DNA of 63,080 bases, filler included, from Octopus bimaculoides (lineage: Eukaryota): NCBI RefSeq assembly GCF_001194135.2. It is 6 parts of 6 records of this genome, joined end to end, with 100 filler letters (N's around TTAATTAATTAA, not from the genome) between each part and the next. Parts side by side here need not be neighbours in the genome. Positions count along the whole stretch, not along the records: positions 1 to 10,372 come from NC_068981.1; positions 10,473 to 21,202 come from NC_068982.1; 4 more parts are not named here. One strand, written 5' to 3'. The notes beneath the pieces were generated by a model, which saw nothing but the letters and a program-made list of their open reading frames with translations, was not told the origin of the DNA and ran no database searches. The position numbers and the translations under genes were made by a program. Every line of letters starts with the position of its first letter. Positions within the stretch are counted from its first letter, which is position 1. This document shows positions 1 through 11,105 of this stretch, one piece after another.

Positions 1-50
<50 letters not shown>
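1..50. repeat. (AT)n microsatellite
   Basis: 25 perfect AT units. Confidence 0.99.
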
Positions 51-54
<4 letters not shown>

Positions 55-559
55 GAGCAGGTGAGTATTATAAACAAGTGCTGAGTAAAGGTAAGTAGAA
101 AAGAAAGTGACAACTGTAGAAATTGGGTAAGGTTAAGGAAGCTTGAATTGTGGCTAATGAGTTAGAGAGGCTGGAAAGTGGAAATGACAGTGTGTTGAAA
201 AGGGGTGGAATGGTGAAGAGCAGCAGAATAATAGTAATAATAATGATACAGTAAATGGGGAGAAATAGAAACAATGTGGGTGAAAAGGAGGAAAGGAGAT
301 ACAATAAACCTAATGAATGGTGAGGGAGGAAGATGCATGGTGGGGGAGGAGAGATGATTTGGTGACTCAGGAGAGTGAGGAATGTAAAATGTGGGTGGAA
401 AGGACAGTATTAAGAATGAAAGATGAATAATAGTGAAATGGTTCTGGATAGGGATGGATACTAAGATGGGTGGAGGGGTTATATTAGGGAAAAGATGAAG
501 TATGCAGTTCTGCTTATATTTAGTTACAGCAGCAGAATAGTGCAGTGAGAGAGATGATG

Positions 560-1230
560 AAATCTTCCTTGTGAAGTACGAGCAGGAGAAATACTTGGCT
601 AAGAGTAAACCACTATTCCAGACATTTGTTGACTTCGAGAAAGCATTCTACTAGGTATCACAATCAGTAATTTAGTAGACACTAAAGAAACTAGGCGTAG
701 ACAAATGACTTATGAGGGCTGTACAAGCTAGATACAAAGATGCAATAGGTAAAGTGAGAGTCAACAATGATTCCAGTGGTGAATTTAATGTGACAGTAGG
801 AGTCATGTCAAGGTTTAGTCATCAGTCTTTTCCTATTCCTCATAATTCTACAGGCAATCACATAAAAGTTTCAGACTGGCTCTCCTTAGGAACTCCTATT
901 TGCTGATGATCTGGTTCTCATAGCTCAATCTATAGGGGAATTAGAAAGGAAATTTCAGGCATAGAGAGTCCCCAAGGTAAACTTAGCAAAGACAAAGACT
1001 TTAGTAAGATCCTGGTATCTTCAAGAAAATTACCTTGTTTGATATGCAGAAAAGAAAAGTAGGTTTGAACTCCAAATGATTTACCCATGGAAAGCTATGG
1101 ACACACATGAGGTGTAATAGAATCATAGGCAGACTAATAGAGAAAGTAAGTTTCATAGGTAACAGATACACTGAAGCAATACATGCTATGAATATCAAAG
1201 AAATGAATTTTCTTAAATGCCTCACTAGTA
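560..1230 (+). mobile_element. RTE-clade LINE reverse transcriptase remnant (stops and frameshifts)
   Basis: Translates to FVDFEKAF (625-648), MRAVQARYKDAIGKVRVNNDSSGEFNVTVGV, ELLFADDLVL (890-919, YADD box), then a PCLICRK..GLNS motif typical of RTE ORFs. Confidence 0.9.
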
Positions 1231-2156
1231 ATTGATAGCTCTTCTTATCTAAGAGATATAATTAGCAGGAAGTGGGACTGCTCTGAAAGTATTGTAGGAT
1301 AAGAATGAAATGGAAAAGTCACTGTTATTAAAGATTTTTCTTCTTTATTCAGCCTTCATATTTTATTTGGAACAATAAACTTGCTAAGTTCGTTGATGTT
1401 TCTGAACTTTCCCTATCTTATCTTCTTGATGAAGTTGTAGTCACACTTCAAAACAGGTCTGATCAAGCAAATCTATGATCCAAAGAGTGCCAGCTATGAC
1501 CATATCATATTTTTATATAATCAGGACAATTATTGTCCAACATAGCCTTTATTTATTTTCGGTAATAGGTTTAAGGAAATGTCAATGGCATTTTTATCGG
1601 GTCAAATAACCATATATGTTAGCAGATCTAGATGAAGTGGGTCATTGGTAATGCGCGTTGTGCTGTTTGTATAGTAGACAGCAATCATCAGATTGAAGTT
1701 GTGGTGATTATTTGAAATTTTGACTAAATGTTTTTCGGTAATTAGAAAGTGATCATTATTTGTTATTAGAATGCTCTATCAACAAGTTAAAATGACTCAA
1801 AAGTGCTGTATTGTACTTTAATTAATAAACTTCCAATTTCTATATCAGAGGAGTGTCTTATCAACAAATAAACTATAATTATTTTCCAGTTTTGTTTTAT
1901 GTAATGTAATAGGTATATATTGTAAATTTGTTACTGTAGTTTCTTGTTGCAAAAGTAGATAGCACACTCTAAAACAGCACAAACACATGTCAATATCCAA
2001 TTCATCAAAAGATAAGACTGTAAAAGCTATAAACATCAATAGAAGTAGGAACTTGACAGTTTTAAACAAAATGTTAATTACTAATAGGGAAATAGGGAAA
2101 ATCCTTAGTAAAACAAATAAAACTTCAGCACAGCTGTTGAAAGAAAATCTATTCCT

Positions 2157-2266
2157 TACACACACACACACACACACACGGACACGGACACACACACAGA
2201 CACGGACACACACACACACACATACACATGGACATGGACACACACACACACACACATGGACACGGA
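2157..2266. repeat. (CA)n / CACGGA compound microsatellite
   Basis: Directly visible tandem units. Confidence 0.95.
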
Positions 2267-2377
2267 CACATATTCTATTATTCCATTGTGTTTCATCTGG
2301 AGGCTGTAGCCCTGCTAGGACACTGCTATGATATATTACAAGATTTTTACACTAGCTACCTAATCTTCTAACAAGGT

Positions 2378-2480
2378 TTTGGTCACCTGGAGTTATAGAA
2401 AATACTTGCTGAAAGTCCCACACTGCAGGACTGAACCCAAAACAACATGGTTGGGAAGTGAACTTCTCAATCACACAGTT
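2378..2480 (-). mobile_element. Degenerate tRNA-head fragment of SINE family B
   Basis: Aligns to the head of the copies at 18193 and 25936 (ggactgaaccc..catg.ttgg..ag..aac..c.caa.cacacag), with CpGs decayed. Confidence 0.7.
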
Positions 2481-2529
2481 GTGTGTGTGCTCGTGTGTGT
2501 GTGTGCGTCTCCCCCCCTCTCTCTCTCTC

Positions 2530-2960
2530 TCTTAAAAATATCAATATTGATACTAACAACTGGGAAGGTCCCACATCAGATAAGCATCTGTGGTGAAATC
2601 TGACAATCTCAGCTATTAAAGAATTTGAGAACAAAAGACTGAGCTGAAACATGCTGGTAAATATATGGAAGATGGAAACCCTCTTCCTGAGAAGGGTATA
2701 AAAGACCAGTGTGGCATGTCTGCTTCTCTAAAGCAGATCAAATGTAGTCATAGAAAAACACTTGTCTAGCACGATTTCATGAGCACCTTGTGTAACAAAG
2801 TATGTAGGTCAACCTGTGGTGTGAACTCACACAGTATTATTAATCCCAATATCCAGATAGTCAACCTGCTGCTGCTGCTGCTGGTAAACAAACTTGCAAT
2901 CAATATAGAATGACTTGCAAGTAGCTTGCAGGCCTTAAGAGCCATACGAGACATTCATCA
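2530..2960 (+). mobile_element. RTE-clade LINE 3' ORF remnant
   Basis: Degenerate LKNINIDTNNWE..SDKHLW...IKEFENKR followed by CNKVCRSTCGVNSH, resembling the RTE C-terminal Cys/His region. Confidence 0.6.
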
Positions 2961-3084
2961 ACATTAAGGAAACCAAATGAAAAGTGTTCCTTAGAATGAA
3001 AAGAGTTTAAGATGTGGTCTTACTTGGTCACATACATATTTCACCATGTGTGATGGATAGATGTATAGTGCAATCAGAGAGGAA

Positions 3085-3392
3085 ATTCCAGGAATAGAAG
3101 TTAGACCTGCAATTAAGAGGCTTCAAGGTAAACTTTGCAAAGACAAGATTTTTGTAGGTAGATAAGGAAAAGGCTTTGTTCAATATGCAGAAAAGAGTTT
3201 GGTATAAACTCCATACACTGTACCTAATATAAGCTATGGACACTTAAGAAGTGAAGTAGAATCACAGACAAATTAACAGAGAAAGTTTTACTTATGACAT
3301 ATGCACTGGAACATACTCTGAGCACACCAGAAACAGAGTTTCTTAAGTGCCTGATGACTCACTAGAGGTAGTCAATAACTTTTGTTACCTAG
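3085..3392 (+). mobile_element. Second RTE-clade LINE remnant, homologous to 940-1230
   Basis: Shares aggtaaactt.gcaaagacaa, aatatgcagaaaaga, aagctatggacac and tttcttaa.tgcct with the first copy. Confidence 0.8.
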
Positions 3393-4052
3393 TTAATTAT
3401 TTAATTAGGCTAGTTCATTAACGTGTTATATGCTTCAGATATGTGAATCTAAATTTATTGGAGCACGAATATAATCATTTTTGCCTGTGTCTCTATGGGC
3501 AGACCTGAAGGCATGTAGTAAGGCTTTCCAGAAAAGGCATTGTTTAAAAGTGCTTATATTCTAAATTTACTTTTTAAACTTCAAAATTAATTAAAAAGGA
3601 TTTTTCATAAATCAAATTTATATTAATGAGATGTAGGTAATTTTAACTTGTGTATATCTGATATGCTTTTATAATTACTGTTGTATTGAATAATTATTGA
3701 TAGATCTGGATTAGCAGCAGCCAGTGCTATTATCACCAACTCAAAATCTAGGTTACTTAAGGTGAGCCTTGTAACTGATAGTTTGGGGATCTTGTTGTTT
3801 GTAACTTTTGTTGAGCCATGGTGCAACCAACAAGATGGTAAAATTCCCTGCCATTAATTTGATGTGGATGGGTAATATCAAATAATTCTAATCACAACAT
3901 ATATTTAAATTAAACATGAAAAAATTGAAATACTATCATCGCTTACATGGAAAAAGTTGAAATATTATCTTTCAGTATCTTATAAGTTAAAACCTTAAAT
4001 TATTGACACATTATTAATTATCTTATAACAGCAATGCCTGGAAAAATCATGA

Positions 4053-4565
4053 ATTACATGGAAAAATTTGAGCATGGAAAGTAATATTCTTAAGATTATA
4101 AACCTGGAAAATACAGGACAAGTTATTACACCTGTAAAAGTATAGGACAAGCTATTACTTCTAGTATAGTAATGAACAAGAAACTTTTTACTTAAAATAT
4201 TGCAGCTAAAATTAAAATTTGAATATTAAAAATTATTTTATTATAGTTTACAAATAACATTTTTCCTTATTTAAGTAGAATTTGGCTAATTTACAACCTT
4301 AAATACAGAAAAAAGCGACTAATTAGACAAACTTAGAAATTAGCCAAACTGTTTTGTACAATAGATTTAAAAGATGAGAACTGTAAAGAGAGATAAATTA
4401 GAAGAACTGGCATTCTTTGCTGCAATATTTTAAATAAAAAGTTTCGTATTCTTTACTTTACTAGAATAGCTTATCTTATACTTTTCCAGGTGTAATAACT
4501 TGTCCTGTACTTTTCCAGGTTTATGATCTTAAGAATATTACTTTTCATGCTTGCATTTTTACATG

Positions 4566-4569
<4 letters not shown>
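4053..4569. mobile_element. Foldback/MITE-like element with ~150-bp inverted arms (4053-4206 and 4419-4569)
   Basis: The reverse complement of 4419-4569 aligns over its length to 4053-4206. The arms contain internal cctggaaaa/catggaaaa subrepeats. Confidence 0.8.
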
Positions 4570-4610
<41 letters not shown>

Positions 4611-4625
4611 TAGATAGATAGATAT
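4570..4625. repeat. (TA)n/(TAGA)n microsatellite
   Basis: Visible tandem units. Confidence 0.95.
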
Positions 4626-4681
4626 ATATGTATAATATAAATAATATATAAATATATGCATATATCCATACATATATGTAC

Positions 4682-5100
4682 ATGTCGCTGACATGTGACG
4701 AAAGGGGATCTCTCTTTCTGTCCACTTCCTTCCTAAAGAAAAGACGTGCCTTTTCCTGTCTCCTCTCATGGCTTGTCTACCTAGCGTTTATAATGATTTT
4801 TCTATCATCTTGGCTCAACAGTCCTCACCATTTGTTTTAACTGTCTTGTTTTCACTGTCCTGTTCTTGTTAACATTTTCACCCTCCGCAAAAAATCCCAA
4901 ATTTTATTTAATTTGCTTTGCGGGAAGGACTGTTTCAATGAAGTTGCGTATTGTCCTTGCCTTCGAAACATGGAGTAGATGAAACAGGGACAACTGACGA
5001 AGGGGTATACTCTTTATGTTACATGTCTCATTTCTCTGTTTGTTTTTTTCTTTGTTCGAAAAAGTTTGTTTTCTCATTGTGTTTAACGTTTTTTTAATGT
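4682..5100 (+). mobile_element. Dispersed repeat, possibly Penelope-like terminal region
   Basis: The motif gacaactgacga.g (~4990) recurs at ~29997 and, degenerate, at ~22757. The segment is CpG-rich inside a CpG-poor domain, so probably a younger insertion. Confidence 0.45.
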
Positions 5101-5216
5101 ATATATACATATATATGTAGGTATGTACATATAAGTATAGGTATATGCATATATTTATATATTATTTATATTATTATATGATCGAACGGCATCCTTTTCC
5201 AAGTAAGTTTTATCTG

Positions 5217-5248
<32 letters not shown>

Positions 5249-6004
5249 TATACATACACACACACACCTTGCTTTAATCATTTTAACAAAAAACTAACTT
5301 CATTAGGAGTGTATGGTCATGACCATGGACACTATGTAGCTAACAAGATATGAATGACTAATCATGCAGCTTATTGTCCCATACCAAATCAACATGCTCT
5401 CTTGGGGCATAGAATCATGTGCCTGGTACAGGCACAGAGAGAAACATCTGTGACAAATTTGATGCCATTATCCACTTAGTAATTCAACCCTTTTTACTGT
5501 AGAAATCAAATATATCTACTCAAAATTACATAACTCTTAACTGCAGAAACCAGTTTTATACACCAGTCTATTTTATTGAAATATGTTAAGTTTATTGAAG
5601 TAGCTTGATTTGCAGAAAATACCAATTCTATTTTGTAGCAGATATCTAACATCATTACTGGGATATCAATATGTAATTTTGCAGTTAAAGAGTTAACTTT
5701 TGCTATTAAAGAGTTAACTTCTTAAATTTACCCAGTGACAAATGCCATTAAAAACCTAAAGATTCAAAATCAATTGAAAATTACAAATTAGATTATGAAA
5801 TCTGTCAAGAATATTTAATATTTTACCTGATATGAACAGAAAATAAGCTCACCAGATTCACAGATATTACAAAGATGATGTCTCATTAGTGTTATAATGG
5901 TGGAAGTATTCCAGAGCAATGGCTGAAGTTAATAATTAAAGCTGCCTCTACTGAAGAGTTGTGTCTCTAGCACTCACTGTTTTACTGGAGCATCAGAATG
6001 ACTA

Positions 6005-6313
6005 TAACCTAGCTCTTGTCAACTGAGAGTAGAAAGGGCATGTCATAGTAAAATATTAGTCAATTGAGAGCAAAAAATTAAGGCAAAACAATTTCCATTC
6101 CAAAACTGGGATCAAAACTGAATTCAAGGATTTTTCAGCATAAAAACCTTTGGATTTTTATTGAAGAGGCATAAATAACTTTGTTAATCGATGGGAGAAA
6201 TGCATAGCTGTTCAGGGATCATATTTTGAATAATTAAACCTTTGTATAAGTTCAGTTTTCTAGAATATAGGCATATTTTAAAAATCAGCCATTATTTTCC
6301 AATCAGCCTAATA
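6005..6313 (+). mobile_element. Mariner transposase 3' remnant with right TIR
   Basis: GINNFVNRWEKCIAVQGSYFE* matches the mariner C-terminus. It ends in aaaatcagccattattttccaatcagcctaaTA, similar to a mariner TIR plus TA. Confidence 0.75.
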
Positions 6314-6350
6314 GTTTGATACTTTACAATGCTGAGATTGCATTCTTTAA

Positions 6351-6567
6351 CCTTTGTTACCATATTTCTGTTCAAAAACGCTGCCTTTATTGCAATTAAT
6401 TTTGAAAATAATGAAGAATTTAGTGAAATAACATTGTCATTATTAAGCTGATGTTTGGAGCATAACTTAGGAAATTTTGATGAAAGACTTTAATTTAGAG
6501 TACTTTAAAAAGGAAGTTTCTACCATAGAATCCAGGAGCAGTCTCAGATGGGTTGGTATCAAGATGG
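6351..6567. mobile_element. piggyBac-type non-autonomous element (MITE)
   Basis: TTAA on both sides (6347-6350 and 6568-6571), with degenerate TIRs cctttgttacc / ggtatcaagatgg. Confidence 0.6.
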
Positions 6568-6861
6568 TTAAGGTAAGAAGTGAGTTGTTTTGGTCACAAT
6601 TCTATAGATCAACCTCATCAAAAAGCTATTCAGGTTTTATATTCTTATAAAATTCTGTGGGTCAAAAAAAAAAAAAGAATATCTCAAAACAGGTATCAAG
6701 TGATAATACTCACATTGCCTTTTAAATTTTATTTGTGTCAATATCACCTTATAAGCAATCAATATCTCAAAGTGTTCTTTCTAGATGGTACTCCCAGTGC
6801 TATTCACTGTGATAGAAGAGTTCAATTTATCACTACAATCAAAGAATTAAGTGAAATAGAA

Positions 6862-7056
6862 TCATCTCTTACAACACCAGAGGTAATGAACAATGAAATA
6901 CAATATGGAAGTCAATATTGTTAGCTTAAAAGTGAAGGAATTTTCCTGAATCTCATTAGGTAAATGTTGTTTTTGGAGAACTTCATTCAATTTCATCTCT
7001 ACTTCCAACTTTTTCAATGTCAGTTGGTAGTTGGTGTTTACTTTCTTTAATCTCTT
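6862..7056 (-). CDS. Candidate terminal coding exon: coiled coil + C-terminal TM helix (tail-anchored type), unidentified
   Basis: Acceptor ttttttattttttcaaacAG precedes 7056. Phase-0 frame KRLKKVNTNYQLTLKKLEVEMKLNEVLQKQHLPNEIQENSFTFKLTILTSILYFIVHYLWCCKR*. An in-frame stop lies just upstream of the acceptor. No homology recognised. Confidence 0.3.
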   Translation of the reverse strand, partial: KRLKKVNTNYQLTLKKLEVEMKLNEVLQKQHLPNEIQENSFTFKLTILTSILYFIVHYLWCCKR

Positions 7057-8598
7057 CTGTTTGAAAAAATAAAAAATATGTATTCACATGAAAGTGATAC
7101 TTTAGGAGAAGCTTAACTATTGGAATAAAACAAGTTTGCCAACATTTGAAAAAGTAATGTGAGAGAGGACACTGACTCGATGTGTGATCTACCATTATAC
7201 TTGACATCCCCAAGTGAAATAGTTAAGTTTAGAGAATCATATTTAACAATTGCTAACTGAGACAGTTCTCAATTACTGGTATCAGAGAACAATCAAACCA
7301 CTCACAAACCTTGAATTTGTGATTTTATCATTATGGTAAATTGTAAAAAATATAAAATCTAATCTCAGTTTTTTTTGGTTTCTTTTTAAAAGGAAGTTGT
7401 ATATTGTTATTCTATTTTCCTTAAGTAGTGTAATATTTGATGGTCCAGTTTTCTTCTTTACTTAAACCAGATATTACACTGTTTTTTTTAAAATTTACTG
7501 AATGGATTTTTGGTATCCAGCCCTCTCATAATTAATTTTAGATGAATGGTTTGATTAATCAAACAAAATCCTAAATCTTTTTCATATTTTCATAAGCACT
7601 AAGTATATTTTATTGAGCCTACATATTCTACAAAGGATCAATGACTGATGTTATCTCCAATAATAAAAAACTTGTATGATTTTTTCCCACGTTTTATTAA
7701 TAATAGTATTTTGAATTAATTCTCTGAACAGCATGAATTGTGCATTTCCACGAACCACTTGAGTGTATATTTTACTATGACATGCTCTTTCTTGATATCA
7801 AGCACTTTTTTTTTTGTTTGTTAAACTTTAGAACAGAATGATAAAATTATAACTGTTCTAATTTCTCACCAAACCCTTTTTCTCTGAGGGATCAGGATCA
7901 ATATAAGTTGAATATGATTAATGAAAGACTGCTATCAAAATTTCAACATGCAGTGTGTCTTGCTTAACACATCACTAAAATCAGATTTTTATTTTAATTC
8001 TAATGTAATAGACTGGTGCAATACATTTACAACTCAATCATTGATTCTTCTTTTAGCTATTTGCTAAATAAACACATACTCATGTATACATACATACATA
8101 TACTCACATGCATTTATATATACATATGTACATACATACATATACATTCACAGGGACATTTTTTCTCATTCTCTTTCTTTTCCCCAATACACATTGTATG
8201 CTTGTACAGATTGCCTAAAAGTCAATAAAAGAATGGCCAGTAAGGTAAAGTAATCAATACCATTGTACTCAATAAATGTAAACATAGGAAATAAGTTTGC
8301 TTCAAGAGAAATATGAGTTTATTTACTAGCTTTATTTATCCATCAAATCATTACAAAATCTTACAAACTAAAACGAAGAAGGCCACTGATGTTATTCTAG
8401 GTTGGGCAGAAAACAATACAAAACAAAAAGCTTTTAGAGAATATCTGTTCAATTATCAGAATCAACATAACTAAAAAAGTTGAAAGAAAACAAGTCATAG
8501 TAGATGTATTTGAATTACAGGTTTCAGAGGTTCATCTTAGTTCCAGCATGTTATGAGATGACTTTATTTGAATCGAAAGGAAATCTTCATTCATGTTA

Positions 8599-9438
8599 CA
8601 GGGTGTTCAGGCTAAATTTCACAGTTAGTATAAAAGGAAAAGAAAACAATATCCCACCCCAAAACAAAAATATTTCAACTTAATTATGGCTGGGAGATAA
8701 CAGTTTATTCAAAGTGATCACCCTTAGTCCCCACCATGGCCTCAAGATGGTGCATGTATTCCTCACTGTGTCTCTGAGAAGATCTTCAAACACTGCCTTG
8801 CTCTTGGCCACCAGCTCAGCCTCAGTGTTGCAGGTAGAGCAGTTGGTGTCTTTCTCAACCATGCCCCACATATAATAATCCATGGGATTACAATTGGGGG
8901 AATAAGGAGGCCAGGAATTGGGGCTGGTGAAGTTGTAGAAATTCTCTGAGAACCATTTCTGACTCTTTCTGGAGGAATAGCACAATACTGAGTCTTACTA
9001 CCACACATATGACCTTCAAGCAGCAAGCCTCTCCAACCAGGGATTGACCCAGTCTCCAGCAGCTTCATATAGCTGTCTGAATTGATTTTAAGGCCCTGTT
9101 CAAAGATGTGAGGATGAGTTCCAGCATGCAAATGCAGTCAGAATGTCTGCTGACCACAGCTTCATAGTTTTCATGGCAACTGTCTTACAGCCTTTACAAT
9201 GTTCATATAGCACTGAGCAGTTGTCATGATGTTGGCATTTTGATACTCAGTGCGAATCATCATGATACAGGTAACTCTTTTCCAATATTCAGATGGCCTC
9301 CAGTCCTCGATGTCAGCTTTTTCTCAAATACAACTTTAATTTTTACGCTCTCCATTGCCATTGAATGTTCACCAATGCATTAAGCTGTTCCTGAAAAAAA
9401 GAAACATAAAAATTGTCAAATTTAGCCCAAACACCCTG
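8599..9438 (-). mobile_element. Internally deleted DD37D (maT-family) Tc1/mariner transposon
   Basis: TA TSDs at 8597-8598 and 9439-9440. ~28-bp TIRs CAGGGTGTTCAGGCTAAATTTCACAGTT / CAGGGTGTTTGGGCTAAATTTGACAATT. The D of (QQ)DS at 8994-8992 is followed by exactly 37 residues and then the D of WPPYSPNCNPMDYYMW. The QQ codons have mutated to TAG TAA. Confidence 0.92.
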
Positions 9439-10213
9439 TAGAATGAACAGACCCACAACATGATGTAGTTAGTTGGTCAAATGCCTAGTGCAAGATCAAG
9501 CACTCTTACATTAACTCCACCTGATTGAAGGACACACATTATTTAACTAAATACCAACCTAAAGTAATTTTAAAATAAAGATGAATTACTTTGATACCTT
9601 TACATGCACACCATTCTACTCCAAGCTAGACAAGTCCCATAATGCCATGAGAACTGTCCTTCTTGTAACAACTAATAAATATTCAAAAAGTACAAATGAA
9701 CTAGTTTTTGTCATGCACTGTTACCTTCACAAAACTTATTTTATGTAAATCTAGGCAAGCCACAACAAATTGCCAGCAGTCAATAAACAGCTTCTTTGGA
9801 AACCATTTAGATTAGATGTGAAAACCTGTAGTTTTCCTGTTTTTAATGTTTTTGTTTTATTGCATTTTGGTGTGAAAGCTATTACCATAGTAGGCTATAT
9901 TTTTATTATGGTGTTATCATTGACAGAACAGGAAGTTGGAATTTAATTATCTCCATTAGATATACTACACTTTGATCTTAGTCAAAAGGTTAAGTACATA
10001 TTATTACCATTTGATATAAACATTGATAAGAGTATTACTTCGTTGATTTCTAGCACTTCTCTATGGATTGACAGCACGGAGACCTTAGCGGGGAGCATAT
10101 AATTGACCAGCCAATAATTGGCAGTTCATATTATTATAGGTACTATACTTTATTTCTGGTCAAAGGCATTTAGACTTCAACAGCAATGTTTTTTTTTCTT
10201 TTAGAGAGATATA

Positions 10214-10264
<51 letters not shown>

Positions 10265-10269
<5 letters not shown>

Positions 10270-10371
10270 TCATCATCATCATCATCGTTTAACGTCCGCT
10301 TTCCATGCTAGCATGGGTTGGACGATTTGACTGAGGACTGGTGAAACCGGATGGCAACACCAGGCTCCAGT
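10265..10371 (-). mobile_element. 3' end of an RTE-related retroposon with (GAT)n tail
   Basis: catcatcatc...gtttaacgtccgctttccatgctagcatgggttgg; a trinucleotide tail typical of RTE-type 3' ends. Truncated by a gap. Confidence 0.5.
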
Positions 10372-10416
10372 CNNNNNNNNNNNNNNNNNNNNNNNNNNNN
10401 NNNNNNNNNNNNNNNN

Positions 10417-10428
10417 TTAATTAATTAA
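10417..10428. other. Artificial six-frame-stop linker TTAATTAATTAA inside N run
   Basis: The identical 12-mer is embedded in N runs at 10417, 21247, 52640, 58680 and 61118. Confidence 0.95.
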
Positions 10429-10494
10429 NNNNNNNNNNNNNNNNNNNNNNNNNNNNNNNNNNNNNNNNNNNNATATATATATATATATATACAT

Positions 10495-10655
10495 GACTGG
10501 CTTCTTTCAGTTTCCGTCTACCAAATCCACTCACAAGGCGTTGGTCGGCCCGAGGCTATAGTAGAAGACACTTGCCCAAGGTCCCACGGAGTGGGACTGA
10601 ACCCGGAACTATGTGGTTGGGAATCAAGCTTTTAACCACACAGCCAGGCCTACGC
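10495..10655 (-). mobile_element. SINE family B, tRNA-derived 5' half
   Basis: Near-identical to 18435-18592; A/B-box-like head on the minus strand. Confidence 0.9.
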
Positions 10656-11047
10656 CTATATTATACACACAAACACGCGCGCGCACGCACGCACGCACAC
10701 ACACACGGACATACACACATACACACACTCACCGGTCATCGATTCCATATTGATCACTTCCCTTCAGATACTATCCAGACTGCGAGACGCCACAAGCTTC
10801 CTGTCCAGCCATACGCTCCAAGAAATTCAGATTGATATTTCTATTTTGATTAATTTGATGTCACTGAAATTCCAATACTCTTTCCAACGATATCGTGTGA
10901 CCTGCCTTGACCAATAGTGACCCAGTTTACATTAGCTGCCCTGGACCTCTTACATCTTTTCAATCGACCGCCTGAGCTCGACGAGTCAAGTTCCTGTACG
11001 AATTTACGAAACTTTAAGTTGCATGAGGGAGAATGAAACTGTTTTTA

Positions 11048-11105
<58 letters not shown>

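Noticed and set aside
51-480. Purine-rich tract possibly from a decayed Penelope minus strand
   Set aside because: Compositional similarity only; no recoverable motif.
4995-5030. CTGACGA here and at 30002; CTGAGGA..GAAA at ~10330
   Set aside because: No correctly placed stem II plus GAAA plus stem I, so these are not hammerheads.
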